A stretch of DNA of 64,000 nt from assembly GCA_029717555.1 (NCBI GenBank), contig JAMDHS010000040.1:124001-188000 (forward strand), in the 5' to 3' direction. The position numbers and the translations under genes are program-made. This stretch comes from Peribolospora baueri (lineage: Eukaryota). Shown piece after piece: positions 25,001-36,489 of the stretch. Within the stretch, counting starts at the first letter, position 1; the number at the start of each line of letters is the position of its first letter. The notes beneath the pieces were generated by a model. It was given only the letters and a program-made list of their open reading frames with translations, ran no database searches and was not told where the DNA came from.

Positions 25001-26320
25001 TGCGGCGACCGCTATCTTGTCGGGCCACCTCTTATTTTGAAGGGGCGGCGGGTGGCGGAATGCCTGATGGAACAGGCCCATGACAACATTGGGCACCTCG
25101 GTCGAGAGAAGACGCACAATCTTCTCCGCCACCAGAAATGGCTAAGGACGTAGAGTCCTACTGTCGCTTGTGCGCGGTCTGCGCAGCGATTGTCACGAAC
25201 CGGTGAACTGGCGGTACGAGGTAGCTAACCTCGGCCGGGGATTCCCAACGATCGGTCACTAGACAAGACTAAGAAGGCTATACGATGCACACTCTGATCA
25301 CGAAGACAGGGTTGGACTCTGATCCAAGCTGTGGTTTCCCTCATGATGCGACATAGATGGTCCTTATGTACACAGTGGTCTATAGTACGAAGTGCCCTCT
25401 TCGGTCGGGGGACTTCGGGCCGTGTCTGCACGTCCGCTGAAGCGTGCAGGAGGCCAGACTTGCCATCGGGTGCTGCCAGGAGGGGCGCTCCGGTCGCTCC
25501 CGTCATGCCTACGCCTTCGCCCATGGCTCACTCATGGCTTACCTGCAGGGGAGGGCTAGACGGCCATGTACTTCTGGCATGAATCAGGTGGTCGGGTATT
25601 AGGAGAAGAGCGAGCTTAAGCGGCTCGTGGGCACGTGACCGAAGTGCCTTCAGAGCTTCGGTCGGGGCATTGAAGCGACGAAGATGACCAACTGGTATCG
25701 GCCGGGGAAGCTATGCCCCTTGCCCATCCCGGCACGGCAGTGGTCATCGATCGCAATGGACTTTGTTGGTCCATTACCCCTCTCCGAGGGTTACGACATG
25801 GTCCTTGTCGTGATCGATCGACTGACGTCGATGGTCCACCTTCTCCAGACGACGGCGAAGGTCACAGTGGCCCAGGTGGCTTCGCTGTACTATGACCAAG
25901 TCTGCAGGCTCCACGGCCTACCAGAGACGATCGTATCCGATCGTGACGTGAGGTTCTTCCAAGTTCTGGCAAGAGCTCTACCTCCTTGTAGGCGTTTAAC
26001 TGTTGATGTCAACTGCCCACCATCCACAGATGGATGGTGTGACCGAGCGGGCCGACCGCACGGTCGTGCAGATCCTTAGGGCAATGATGTCGCCGGATCA
26101 ATCCGACTGGGCTCAGTTCATTCCAGCCGTCGAGTTCGCTATGGACTCGTGTGTAAGCTCGTCGACAGGGTGCACGCCCTTCGAGCTTAACTTTGGGTAT
26201 AACCCATCCTTATTCAAGACGATCTCGTACTTATCCGAGTACAAGAGCATCAAGGACTGGGCCGAAGCGGCTCGCTAACCTCCAGCGAGCTCATGATGCG
26301 ATCGTTGCATCTAGAGTGTT
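22040..26320 (+). mobile_element. Degenerate Ty3/gypsy LTR retrotransposon (gag-PR-RT-RNaseH-IN), truncated, with stops and frameshifts
   Basis: Gag zinc knuckle CARCKKVGHWASEC; protease LFDTGST; RT VYLDDIFVFS (~23855-23885); RNase H EQELLAI and DHDSL; integrase HHCC (HDNIGHLG...CRLCAVC), IAMDFVGPLP, IVSDRD and HHPQMDGVTER. Domain order is gypsy-type. No 3' LTR seen. Confidence 0.95.
25191..25674. mobile_element. ~480 bp insertion (probable solo LTR) splitting the gypsy integrase
   Basis: Begins TGTCAC right after the integrase CAVCAA codons; the integrase resumes ...TKMTNWYRPGKLCPLP after it. Flanked by GCGAT/GCGAC, a putative 5-bp TSD with one change; the 3' end TTGAA is an imperfect TG..CA terminus. 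Confidence 0.65.
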
Positions 26321-26742
26321 CTTTTCTATTTTCAAACTCGGGGGTCTCTCTGCCTATGAAAGGCGAGCTCCATCATAGGCTTTCAGTGCAGTCCGACGAA
26401 GTGGTCCACACCGATGAGTGCCTGCTACGTCGGCCTCCGCAATGGTGGGGCCCCGCACGAGCCTCTCGCCGGGCGTTCACCTCCGTCCCACCTCCGTTGT
26501 TTCCGAGCCTAAGGGTGTCACCCAAAACATTTCGCCCGGAATGCTAACCCAGTCCTAGATACCATACAGCCCGAGGCTCACCATGTAAGCCGCTGCTCCT
26601 GCCTACCTTCATCTTCGCAATCACTCCCTCTCTTCCTTCCCCTCTTCCATCCTCTCTGGGCCAGCCCTCTTCTCCTAGGCGCAATCGTTCCCTCCGCGCG
26701 CGCTTCACCTCCCGTGCCCTCGTCATCGCATCTCAACTCACC

Positions 26743-29700
26743 ATGTCTCTTGCCCCCCTCTCTTCAAACAACGTTACCTCCAACAACGCCGCCGCCTCGC
26801 CACAAGGATTTGCGGCTAATGGCTTCCGCTGCGAACCCCATTCCATCGACGCTGCTCGCCCTCTCAGGGTCGTGGTCATCGGCGCCGGTCTGAGCGGCAT
26901 CTATGGTCAGTCTCCAGTGCTCCCACTTGGCCGCCTCTTGAGGTCTTGAAGAGCCAGTCGTCATCGCCCTTCTCTGTTCCGTCTTCTTCTCCTCCCCGTT
27001 GACTCTCCCATCGAACTTCCGAATCCCATAATAGCCGGCATCCGCATCCCGCGCGCTCTTCAAAACGTCGACCTGCAGATCTATGAGAAGAACGCCGACG
27101 TCGCCGGTACCTGGTGGGAGAATCGGTACGCCGGCTGCGTGAGTTTGCCCACCCATTGATATTTTCAGACCAGAACCACCTCTCCCTGGGGATACTCGAG
27201 CAACCGTGCAGCGAGGGCGCCCACTCGTCTCTAACATCCTCCCTTCATTCCCTCTTCTGACCTGTGCGTCCTTTCCTTCAACCAGGCCTGTGATATCGTG
27301 AGCTTCCTCTCTTCTGTCACCGCCAAGCTCTACTTGTCGTAAGCGACGTGCTGAGCTCCAAGCTGATTTTCCCATGTCTCCCATATCCGTCTCATTCGCT
27401 TGTCGGCCGTCTCGTATGATGCTCACAGCCCGCAGTGAGCCATAGTCTCTTTTTAGAGGAGAAATGCGACCGATGCCCGACTATTGCTGCTGGCGGCTCC
27501 TCAAAGAAGCTTTTTGTGCTGACCCTTTCCCTTCGCGTGCGCCTTCGCACCGCCGCAGCACTGCTACTGCTACACCTTTGAGCCCAGCCCGAACTGGTCG
27601 AAATTCTATGCGTCGTCCAGCGAGCTGTTTCAATACTGGAAAGGTGCCCACCCTCCGCTACGCCAAAGGACCTTGTCGTTCTGCCTTCTTAACGTCTAGC
27701 TGACCGCCTTCACCTCGGCACCTCGTCTTCATGTCCTCGCCTTCCCCTGTCTCCCGATTTTGCAGGGGTCGCGGTCAAGTACGGCGTGCCGAAGTATGTC
27801 AAGCTCGAGCATGCCATAGTTGGTGCTCGTTGGGACGACGCTGCAGGCCTCTGGAAGCTCAAGGTCGAGGACCGTTCTGGTGGGAGGGGACAAGGACAGG
27901 GCCGGCGTTTCGATGATTATGCTGTGAGAGGGTGACGGTAGAAACCGACGGGACACGGCGCAGGTTCGGGCCGAGCCTTCCTGACCAAACTTCTGCACGA
28001 CTTCACAGCATGTCGTTGTGAACGCGACAGGAGCTTTAAACAATTGGAAGTGGCCGGACACGGTACGTGTCTGATATTGGAGCCCGAAGAGACCAATCAC
28101 ATACTGACGTTGGCGCTACCCTTGCTTCATGCGCACAGCCTGGCCTCGACTCCTTCCAAGGCCACAAGGTACACTCGGCCATATGGGACGATTCGTACGA
28201 CTACATGGACAAGCGCGTGGCCGTCATCGGCAGCGGCAGCACGTCCATCCAGATTGTACCCGCACTCCAGCCAATCGTCAAGCATTTGGGCTCCTTCGTT
28301 CGTGGTCGGACTTGGATCGGCTTTCCATTCTCAAGCGATCTGCTAGCAGAGAAAATGAAAAATGGCAACTGTGAGACCGGAAGCTTTGTGCTTTCTATCG
28401 CACCTCTTCTCCATATCTTTCTCTCTTAACTTTCCTTGTCCTCCCGTCGCCACCAGACGCCTACACGGAGGAAGAGAAGCGCGAGCTGGCGGATCCGGAA
28501 ACGCACCTCAAATACCGCAAGTTGCTCATGGACGATCTCAACAGCAGTCACGGTAATCTTCAGAAGGGCTCTGAAGGGCAAAAGATAGTCGTCAAGTTGT
28601 TCGGTGACAACATGAAGGAGAAGCTCAAGAAGAAGCCCGAGATCTTTGAGGCCATTCAGGTAGGTGGTGACTTGGTTGACACCGCCATGATGAACACGCT
28701 CGTCCACAATTGTGTCATCATTTTACACCGCTTCATCCCTTCCGACAGCCCGATTTCCCTGTCGGCTGCCGACGTGAGCTTTGGATCCTCCCCGAGCTAT
28801 TGCCAACGTGATGATCCTCCATGCTGACGGAAAATCCACTATGGATCCGGTCAGGACTGACGCCTGGCCCTGGTTTTCTGGAAGCGCTGGTCGAAGACAA
28901 TGTGGGGGGATCCCTTTTTCCCATCGTCTTTTCCTTCGGTCGCCGGTTGAAGCGTATTCCACTCCACGTCATCCTCAGGTCGAGTTTGTCAAGCAAGAGA
29001 TCGACAAATTCTCTCCTAAGGGCATCGTGACGAAGGACGGCAAGGAGCGCGAGTACGACGCCATTGTTTGCGCCACTGGCTTTGACACGGTGCGTTCCTC
29101 TCTCTCAAGACATTCCTCCATCGTATCCAAGCGCCGCTAACTTGGTCTTGTCCTACATCGTGAAACGCGTCTGCATTGAAGACGTACCGGCCCCGCTTCC
29201 CCATCATCGGCAGGAACGGCACCGACCTCGCCGACCGATGGGCCGACTTCCCGCACACGTATCTCTCCGTCGCCGTGGACGGTTTCCCAAACTGGTTTTT
29301 TGTGAGACTTCGGTGCCCAAGCGGTCCGGCGGGCAAGTTGCTCCCGCCCTTGCTGATCAGTTTGCTGACGGCGGGTACGAAATTTTTACACTGGCCGACA
29401 GGTCAACGGCCCAAACAGCGCTGTAGGAAGTGAGGCGTGTCCTTTTTGCAAGGTGAAAGCAACTGTTTCGCAAATCCCCGCTGACGACGCTATTGAATCT
29501 GCTATTCCCCCAGGTGGCGATCTCATCATCGTATTCGAGCACGAGATCGAGTACATCGTTTCCGTGATCAGGAAACTGCAGATGGAGCGTTACAAGTCCA
29601 TCGAGGTCAAGCCTGAGGCGGTCGCCGATTTCTACGAGTACTCCCAAACTTACTTTCAACAAACAGTTTACTCTACCAAGGTAAGCGCTCAGGCTCACAA

Positions 29701-30202
29701 CCACGCTCTTCGTCCTGCGTTTTCGAAGTTGCCAAGCTAAGGACCTTCCCCTGCCGTGCGCCACTTCCGTCTTTTTTCTTCATTTTTTGCATCATGGCGG
29801 ATAGTGCCGGACGTGGTACAAGGGCGGCAAGACGGAAGGTCCCATCACTGCCCTCTGGCCCGGCTCTTGTCTGCACGCTTGCAAGACGCTCCATCACCCG
29901 CGGTGGGAAGGTGAGCGATGACGAACGATACTGCATCATGTCGCCGTCGTGTGTCAAACGATATACAAAATGACCCATTTTCTGCCTCCCTTCAACGACT
30001 CCCCCCAATCATCCTCGACCGCGTTCCCTGTGCAGATTACAACTATGAGCGCCTGCCCAGCGCTGGACCCAACCGGCTCGGCTGGCTCGGTAACGGCTGG
30101 ACCGACGCGGAGCTCAACGGAGGAGACCGGCGTTGGTACCTCAAGCCGAACGAGGAGGCTCAGAAATCGCTTAACAGCGGCGCCATGCGCTTCTCGATGT
30201 GA
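26743..30202 (+). CDS. FAD/NADPH-dependent Baeyer-Villiger monooxygenase (type I); many small exons
   Basis: [36 protein letters not shown], BVMO fingerprint FQGHKVHSAIWD (FxGxxxHxxxWD), VIGSGSTSIQ, CRRLTPGPGFLEAL, ATGFD, WPGS...PRWED. Confidence 0.93.
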
Positions 30203-31131
30203 TGTAGACCCACTTCGTCTCTCGGCCTCACAGTGTTGTCGGGCGCTCCGTCACGCCGCCGCACCGGCCGTGGTCACGGTTTCATCTCCCGGCGCTAGAT
30301 TCTCCTGCTGCCTCTCAGATACCTTTCGGAAGCTCCCTGAGAACTCTTTCACGTCGCTGGTCATGTTGTCTTCTTGGAATTAAAGAAAAGAAAAGAAAGG
30401 AAAATCAGATGAACTCGCGAGTGTCCTCGCCGTTCTGGTGCTCGTTGTCGGTCATGATGTTCCTCGCCTCCCCCGTGATCATATGAGCGATGGAGAGGAC
30501 AGTGACGAGCGCAGACCGGCCCTGGCGGCCCTTTTCCCTTGCATTGCAGCGTGACCTTGATCGTGCTGACGAAGGTGACAGAAGCCTCCAAGGAGTCCGG
30601 CTTCCACCATGCGCTCCTTCCTCTTCCTAGTTGTCTTCTTGAATGTAGTCGTGGCTCTGAAAGAGTGGGGAGGGTTAGGGCGTGAGGATGCCACCATTAC
30701 CAGACGGCCCAGGGTACCTGTGGGCTTAAAGAAGGAAGAGAACGGACGTCGGCATCGGCATCGGCATCGGATCGCACGCATTTCAGCCGCCTTGATGGGA
30801 ACGTGCACACATATGCAAAGCCCCGCCTCGACGGCGGGCTGCCTCTCCTCTTCGAAAACGGCTCTGCATATCTCAAAACCTGGGGCAAATCATGTCACGT
30901 GCAAAAACATGGCGGAGGGCAAGAACAAAACAAGGAAGGATGGGGGGCCGACGGGCGGAAAGCTGAGATGAGGTGACTGGGGCGACGTGCAATCATATAG
31001 TTACGGAGAGACGGACTCAAAGCGTGTATGAAGATGAGCGGGTAGGATGCTTACATCGCCCTGTCCCATCAGACACGCACACCCTGCTCGGCCGGGCTTC
31101 CAAACCTCCAGTGACTCCTTCCTCGAGTCGA

Positions 31132-32494
31132 TCACGAGAAAGCGCTGGTCACCGTACCCAACAAGGTGACCCAAGCGCCCCTGTAGAGCGCCTCGATGCC
31201 CTCCTCATCCTTGATCTTCCTCGCCGCGTCAAGCATGCCCTCGTAACGCTCCACAGCCCCACCCTCTCCCTCTCCGGCGAGCGCAAGTGCTGGCGAGCTG
31301 GCACTCGGTCGAAGCTCGATGACCGGCTCCGAATAGTCGGCGTCCAAATCCGAGTGCGAATGGAAGGACGGGGAAGGGGTGGGGCCGCCCGCATCGCCAT
31401 TGGCACCTTGCTCCGCGGCAGCACTAGCCTGGTGCGAGTAGGAGGAGATGGAAGGCGAAGGTGGTCCAGACGGTCGCTGGACGGCCAGACGGATCATGAG
31501 AACCTCCAGAGGTGCGAGGATGCCGGTGGAGAGGATTTGGAACAGGAGGAAAAAGAACAGGCCAATGTAGGACACCTCCACCTTGCGGTCCGTCCCCGAC
31601 TCGTCCTCGAACGGCCGCGAAGCCGCGGCGGCGGCGAGACCAGGAACGGTTATGTTGCGAATAACGCGACCCACAAGACCGACCCAGCAGACGTGAGCTA
31701 GAGTGGCGGGCAAAAGACCCGGGAGGGTGTACAACGACCATGGGGCGTAAAACTCGGCAGGAGTGAGGAGAGCGCGAAGGTTGGCTCTGGGAGTGGTCCA
31801 CGGCAGCCTCGTTGGGTGAGTGATGGTCCTGAGGAGGTCATAAAAACCGTGGCAAGTGAGAAAGTCAGCTTCGTTGCAATATGCATGGTGGCCCTTGTCG
31901 ACCTCTGGCAACAGCGGCTTGATAGGCTGCTCACCTATACGTGATCACGCTGAGAGGGATGGCTACGACGGTAACAATGACCAGAAACAGCATGTTCTTC
32001 CAGAACGCGCCGGGGCTCGACGGCGTAGTGCGATAGGAGGTGTGCGGAGACATGGCCGAGGCATCCATCCATAGCATGCTAAAGGTTGAGATGACGAGCA
32101 TCTGTATGGCTGTCGGTGTGAAGCCTGGGGGGGAAGAGAGGTCAGCGGGCGAGCGGGCGTGTGATCGGTCTGAAAGCACGCCGGGCGGGATCGTAGCCAA
32201 GCGTGATGACGACTCACCCTTCCAAAGCCCTATCCATCCCTCAATCCTTCTCGTCCTCAACGCCATCTCCCACACTCCCCTGACGACCGGCCCGATCTTG
32301 GCATCGCCCTGAGCGAACGTGGCCGTTTGGCCATTTTCCTCGTCCAACTCGAGTCGGATGGCCTTGGGAAGATAGTTTGCGCGCAGGCGGACGAGGGAGG
32401 ACTGGAAGGGCTGGACTATGAGCAGCGTTATGAAGATGGAGGGAACGAGGAGGAGGAAGAAGAGGACAGGGAAAGAGAAGTCGGCGGAGGCCAT
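31132..32494 (-). CDS. Mitochondrial carrier-domain protein; multi-exon
   Basis: Carrier-like signatures QPFQSSLVRLRAN, RIEGWIGLWKG, APLEVLMIRLAVQ and YEGMLDAARKIKDEEGIEALYRG. Confidence 0.7.
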
Positions 32495-32928
32495 CGTCGT
32501 CCAAGGTCGCTCGCTGATCAGTGATCGGGGCGAGACTGATGCGGGTGCACAGAGAGTCGATCGGGCGTTCAGTGAGGCGCCGGCCGACAAAGAACAATGA
32601 GCGTTGGCGAAGACTGGAGATGTGTTGAGAAGAGTAGAGTAGTCAAGCAGCCAGATGAAATAGAAAGATAGATAGTTGGATGACACGGCAAGTCGGCAAC
32701 TCGCTGACGACGCCCAACGCTGGCACCGACAAGCGCAGCTGCGGGAGCGGCTCATCCACGTGCACTTGGTGGGCCCCATACTTAAGCAAGGCCTTAAGGA
32801 ATGTCGCTTTCTTGTCTCGCTTGGCCTTACGCTCCTTATCGCGCTCGTCTTCGGGCATCTGTCAGCACAAGCAGATCCGTCTATATACCCGCCAAGCCAT
32901 TCGCAAAGCACAGGCGATCCGAGCAATC

Positions 32929-34651
32929 ATGGACATCAAAGGTGAGCGCTCGCGTGACCCGTGCGTGTCCGTTCCGGCCCGCGTCCACCTTGCTGTTTGA
33001 CAAAACGCTCGTCTCGCCCTGCTATCGCGGTGTGCTCGCTTGCAGAGTGTATCAACCTCCCTCCCGTGGAGCTGTCGTACGAGAATCCCAAGGGCTCGCA
33101 TGAGGAAATCGCAGGCCTCAAGACGTACGTCGTGGGCGACGCGAAGAGCAAGCGAGCCATCGTCGTCGTGTGAGTCGGCGAGGCCTCGGGATTGCGCGTA
33201 CTACAAGGTCGTGCGGCCATTGAGAGGATGTACGAGGGGAGAAGTGAACAGGAGCTGAACATGTATCTGTACTGTCGTCCGTTTGTGCCCAAAGCTACGA
33301 CATCCACGGCTTCTCTTCACAGGTGGGAACGACCCCCTTACGAGCTTCCCGACAGTCGCACGGCCCGAAAGGCTCACCCCCACTTCCCGTTCCTTTCATT
33401 CTGTCTGGATTGATTCAGATGGTGCAAACCGCAGACTTGCTTGCAGACGCTGTTGGTGCTCGCGTCGTGAGTGTATGCAGCCGATGGAGTGCGAGGCGCT
33501 GCTGTCCTGAATGCCTGCTTACTGTGCAGCTCTCGACCTCTTCTCAGTACATTCCTGACTTCTTCAAGGGACAGGAATTCCCAGGAGACAAGTACAAGGT
33601 GCAAGCACGAGGGTTCCGCCTCTGGACTTGATCTCTTCGCTTCGTACATACTAATTACAAAGTTTACTTTCTCTCGTCTCTTGCATCACTTTATATGTGA
33701 AGCCTAACAGCCCAGAGCGCGCGGAGGCCTTTGCCAAGTGTGAGAAGGACGTGCCAATGCATCCCCTTCTCAGCTCATTTGACTCGGCGTCTGACATCCC
33801 ATTTTTGTCCTCGCTCTCATCCCAGTCTTACAAACCGCTGCCGCGATCCGTCCTGCGCTCGAAGCTCTCTCCAAGATCGTTTCCGCGATCCGATCTACCG
33901 ACGTTGCCCCTCACGTGGGCGGCATAGGATTCTGCTGGGGAGGAAAGGTACTTGTCCTCGCCGGTGGGGAGGAAGATACCGCAAACAAAGACAAGGCCAG
34001 CGGTCTTGATGGGATTGTTATGGTACATCCGGGGTGTGTTGACGTGCCAGTCGTGTCGTTGTTTTGATATCTCGGGTCGCAACGGCCCTGTGGCAGGCTC
34101 TGTCTGCCCTCGGCGTCGTCTGGTGGAGGTGGCCACCCAAATGACCGTGCTGATAAGTACTCGCTCCCGTTTTCCCTTTTGCACCCTGCTTCTCCGCTGC
34201 ACAGCCGCCTCGACCCTGCAGACGCAGCCGCGTTGAAGATTCCCGTCGCCTTCTTCCCTAGCAAGGATGAGCCTTCCGAGGCTGTGAGTATGGACCGATC
34301 TTGGCCTGACTTTAGGAGATCCCTTTCTGGCCGTGACAGTGTCTGACTCTTCTTTCTTCTGTTCGGCCATTCTCCAGGTCGAAAAGTTTCAAGAAAACGT
34401 GACCAAGCTACCGTTTGCGGGGGAATGCGTGTCCAAGGTGTGTTTCTTTTTCTGATTCTCCCTCCTTCTCCTTGGGTACTGTCTGTTGTCAATTCAGTTT
34501 CCCTCACCGTCTCTTCTCGTGGTAACAGATCTACTCTAATATGTTCCACGGATGGGCCGGAGCTCGTGCCAATCTGAAGGACGAGGACAACCTGCGCGAG
34601 TACAAAGACGTTCTCAGCCGTGCCGCCGCTTTCTTGCAGGCCAGGGTGTGA
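32929..34651 (+). CDS. Dienelactone hydrolase family alpha/beta hydrolase; many very short exons
   Basis: MDIK|ECINLPPV...KTYVVG, YDIHGF, ADLLAD, YIPDFFKG, nucleophile GFCWGGK, MFHGWAGARANL; ends LQARV*. Confidence 0.85.
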
Positions 34652-35593
34652 GCCTTTTATTTGACGCGAGGTACGGGTGCCAGGCTTGTAAGGCAGAAGC
34701 GGCTTTCAACGTCTTCTTGGATTGGAACCGTCGCTGATGCACTTTTCGGGGTGGAATTCTGACTGACGAATGGATCATGATAATGGTAGCGGCAGCTTAT
34801 GTACGTGCAAGCTGGAAAGGAAACATAGAATTAGATCGCAAGCTGGGTGGAGGGGAGGTCGTTGAAGGTGATCCCTTGCGGTCAGGGGTACCCCTGACGC
34901 TGTAGATTGAGAGTGAGAGAAGGCGCGGGGATTGATTCCAACCCTTCTGAGGCTCCAAGATTCCATGTTCTCACCTGAAAAGGCGGGTCGCCGCACGGAC
35001 CATCGCCCTGATGATGGTCGACTGACGCGTCCTTTTTTGCATTGACGTGTCGGGCCGCTGTCCGTCGGTCGGCCTTGCTTTCTTTCGGTGGCCTCTTTCG
35101 AATCCTCGCGCCCTGCCAGACATTTAACGCATAGGGACTTTTGACGCTTTATCACAGCCGTCGAGGTGGTCTTCCCTTTGCCTGGCTTCGACGCAACGTC
35201 GGGCTTCGAGTGTCTTGTCCTGTGGAACACGGTCTGACATCGAAGCTTCTCCGTGCAAGTTTGAAACAGTTGAGAAAAAGAACGCGAAACAAATAGCTTC
35301 CACTCGTTCGGGTGAGATATGGTACCGGCACAGGCAGACGAGGAAAGCCCAGAGCCGACGATGCTGCGCGTATGCTGCACAAACCCTGGGCAAGACGATG
35401 GCCGTTTCGGACTAATCTTCCTAACTCCAGTTTACTTTTGGCGCAGACGTCAAGTAACGGCGGTGTGACCACCTATCCACCTATTACTGGTTCTCAGCAG
35501 AACGCTCTTGTTCCACACCACATATCAGTACTTGGGTCTCCCAGGACACGGAATGCAGACGTAAAAGGCGACTCATGCACGACACAGACGGCG

Positions 35594-36075
35594 CTATCGG
35601 CAGAGCCTATACGCCCCAGCAGCTAGGCAAGCTGGAAGCCAGACGACGGTTATTTGGAAACAAGAAAAGTAAATATCAGCCATTATTGTGCCTGAGCAGA
35701 GTACCACAACAGGGGAGGCCGAACCTGCTCCAAGGCGATGACAGGCCGGAAGATGGGCGAGCGCTCACCGACGCCAAAGGCGGCCATGCCGGCTGGGCCC
35801 ACCGAGAAAGGTTTCGCCTTGGAAAAGGCGCCTGCGCGACGTGCCTCGTACAGGGCGTAGATGCCGAGACCTGCGGACGAGGGACGATGTGGAAGGAGGG
35901 CAGCGTTGGTAACATGTACCGCCCGTCATAAAATCGGCGCTCCGTGTTCCTCACCGCCCATTCCAGCGGCGCCAGTGATTCGGCAAGAGAGGCAGTCCTG
36001 AAACTCGCCCTGCTGGCGAGCAATGTCTTCGTTCGGACTGGAGAAACGCACGCCCGAGACTTGTGCGGCCGACAT
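35594..36075 (-). CDS. Small DUF4536/DMAC1-like mitochondrial membrane protein; 3 exons
   Basis: MSAAQ...QDCLSCRITGAAGMG|GLGIYALYEARR...GMAAFGV|ACLAAGAYRLCR*; DCxSCR motif followed by two hydrophobic segments. Confidence 0.7.
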
Positions 36076-36489
36076 GTAGGATTTCAAGAGATGGTCGTCG
36101 CCGTCGAAGCCATCGCAAGAGCGAGGCGCGTTCAGAAGAACATGCACATGTAGGGTTAAGGCGGAGTTGACTGATCGGCGGGGAAGAAAAGCCGAGCCGA
36201 GCGTGCTGACGATGGCGCCTTTCCTCTTCTTCTTCCACCTCGATTCGTCGTCAGAGACTACCCGCCGGCGCCCCAGTCGGTTAGATACCCCTAGGTGAGC
36301 GCCGCCTTGTTCTTTTCGGCAATATGAGGGCAAACGTACCAGTCAGCACGCAAAAGCACCGCTTCGCATGTGCTTACGGACGTCTGGCACGGCGGACGAT
36401 GTCTCATGGAGATTTCACTGTCGCGTGATTCAGTGCTTCTACCACCACCTCTGCCTCCTACCTACACCCGCCGATCAAGTCAGACTGCT

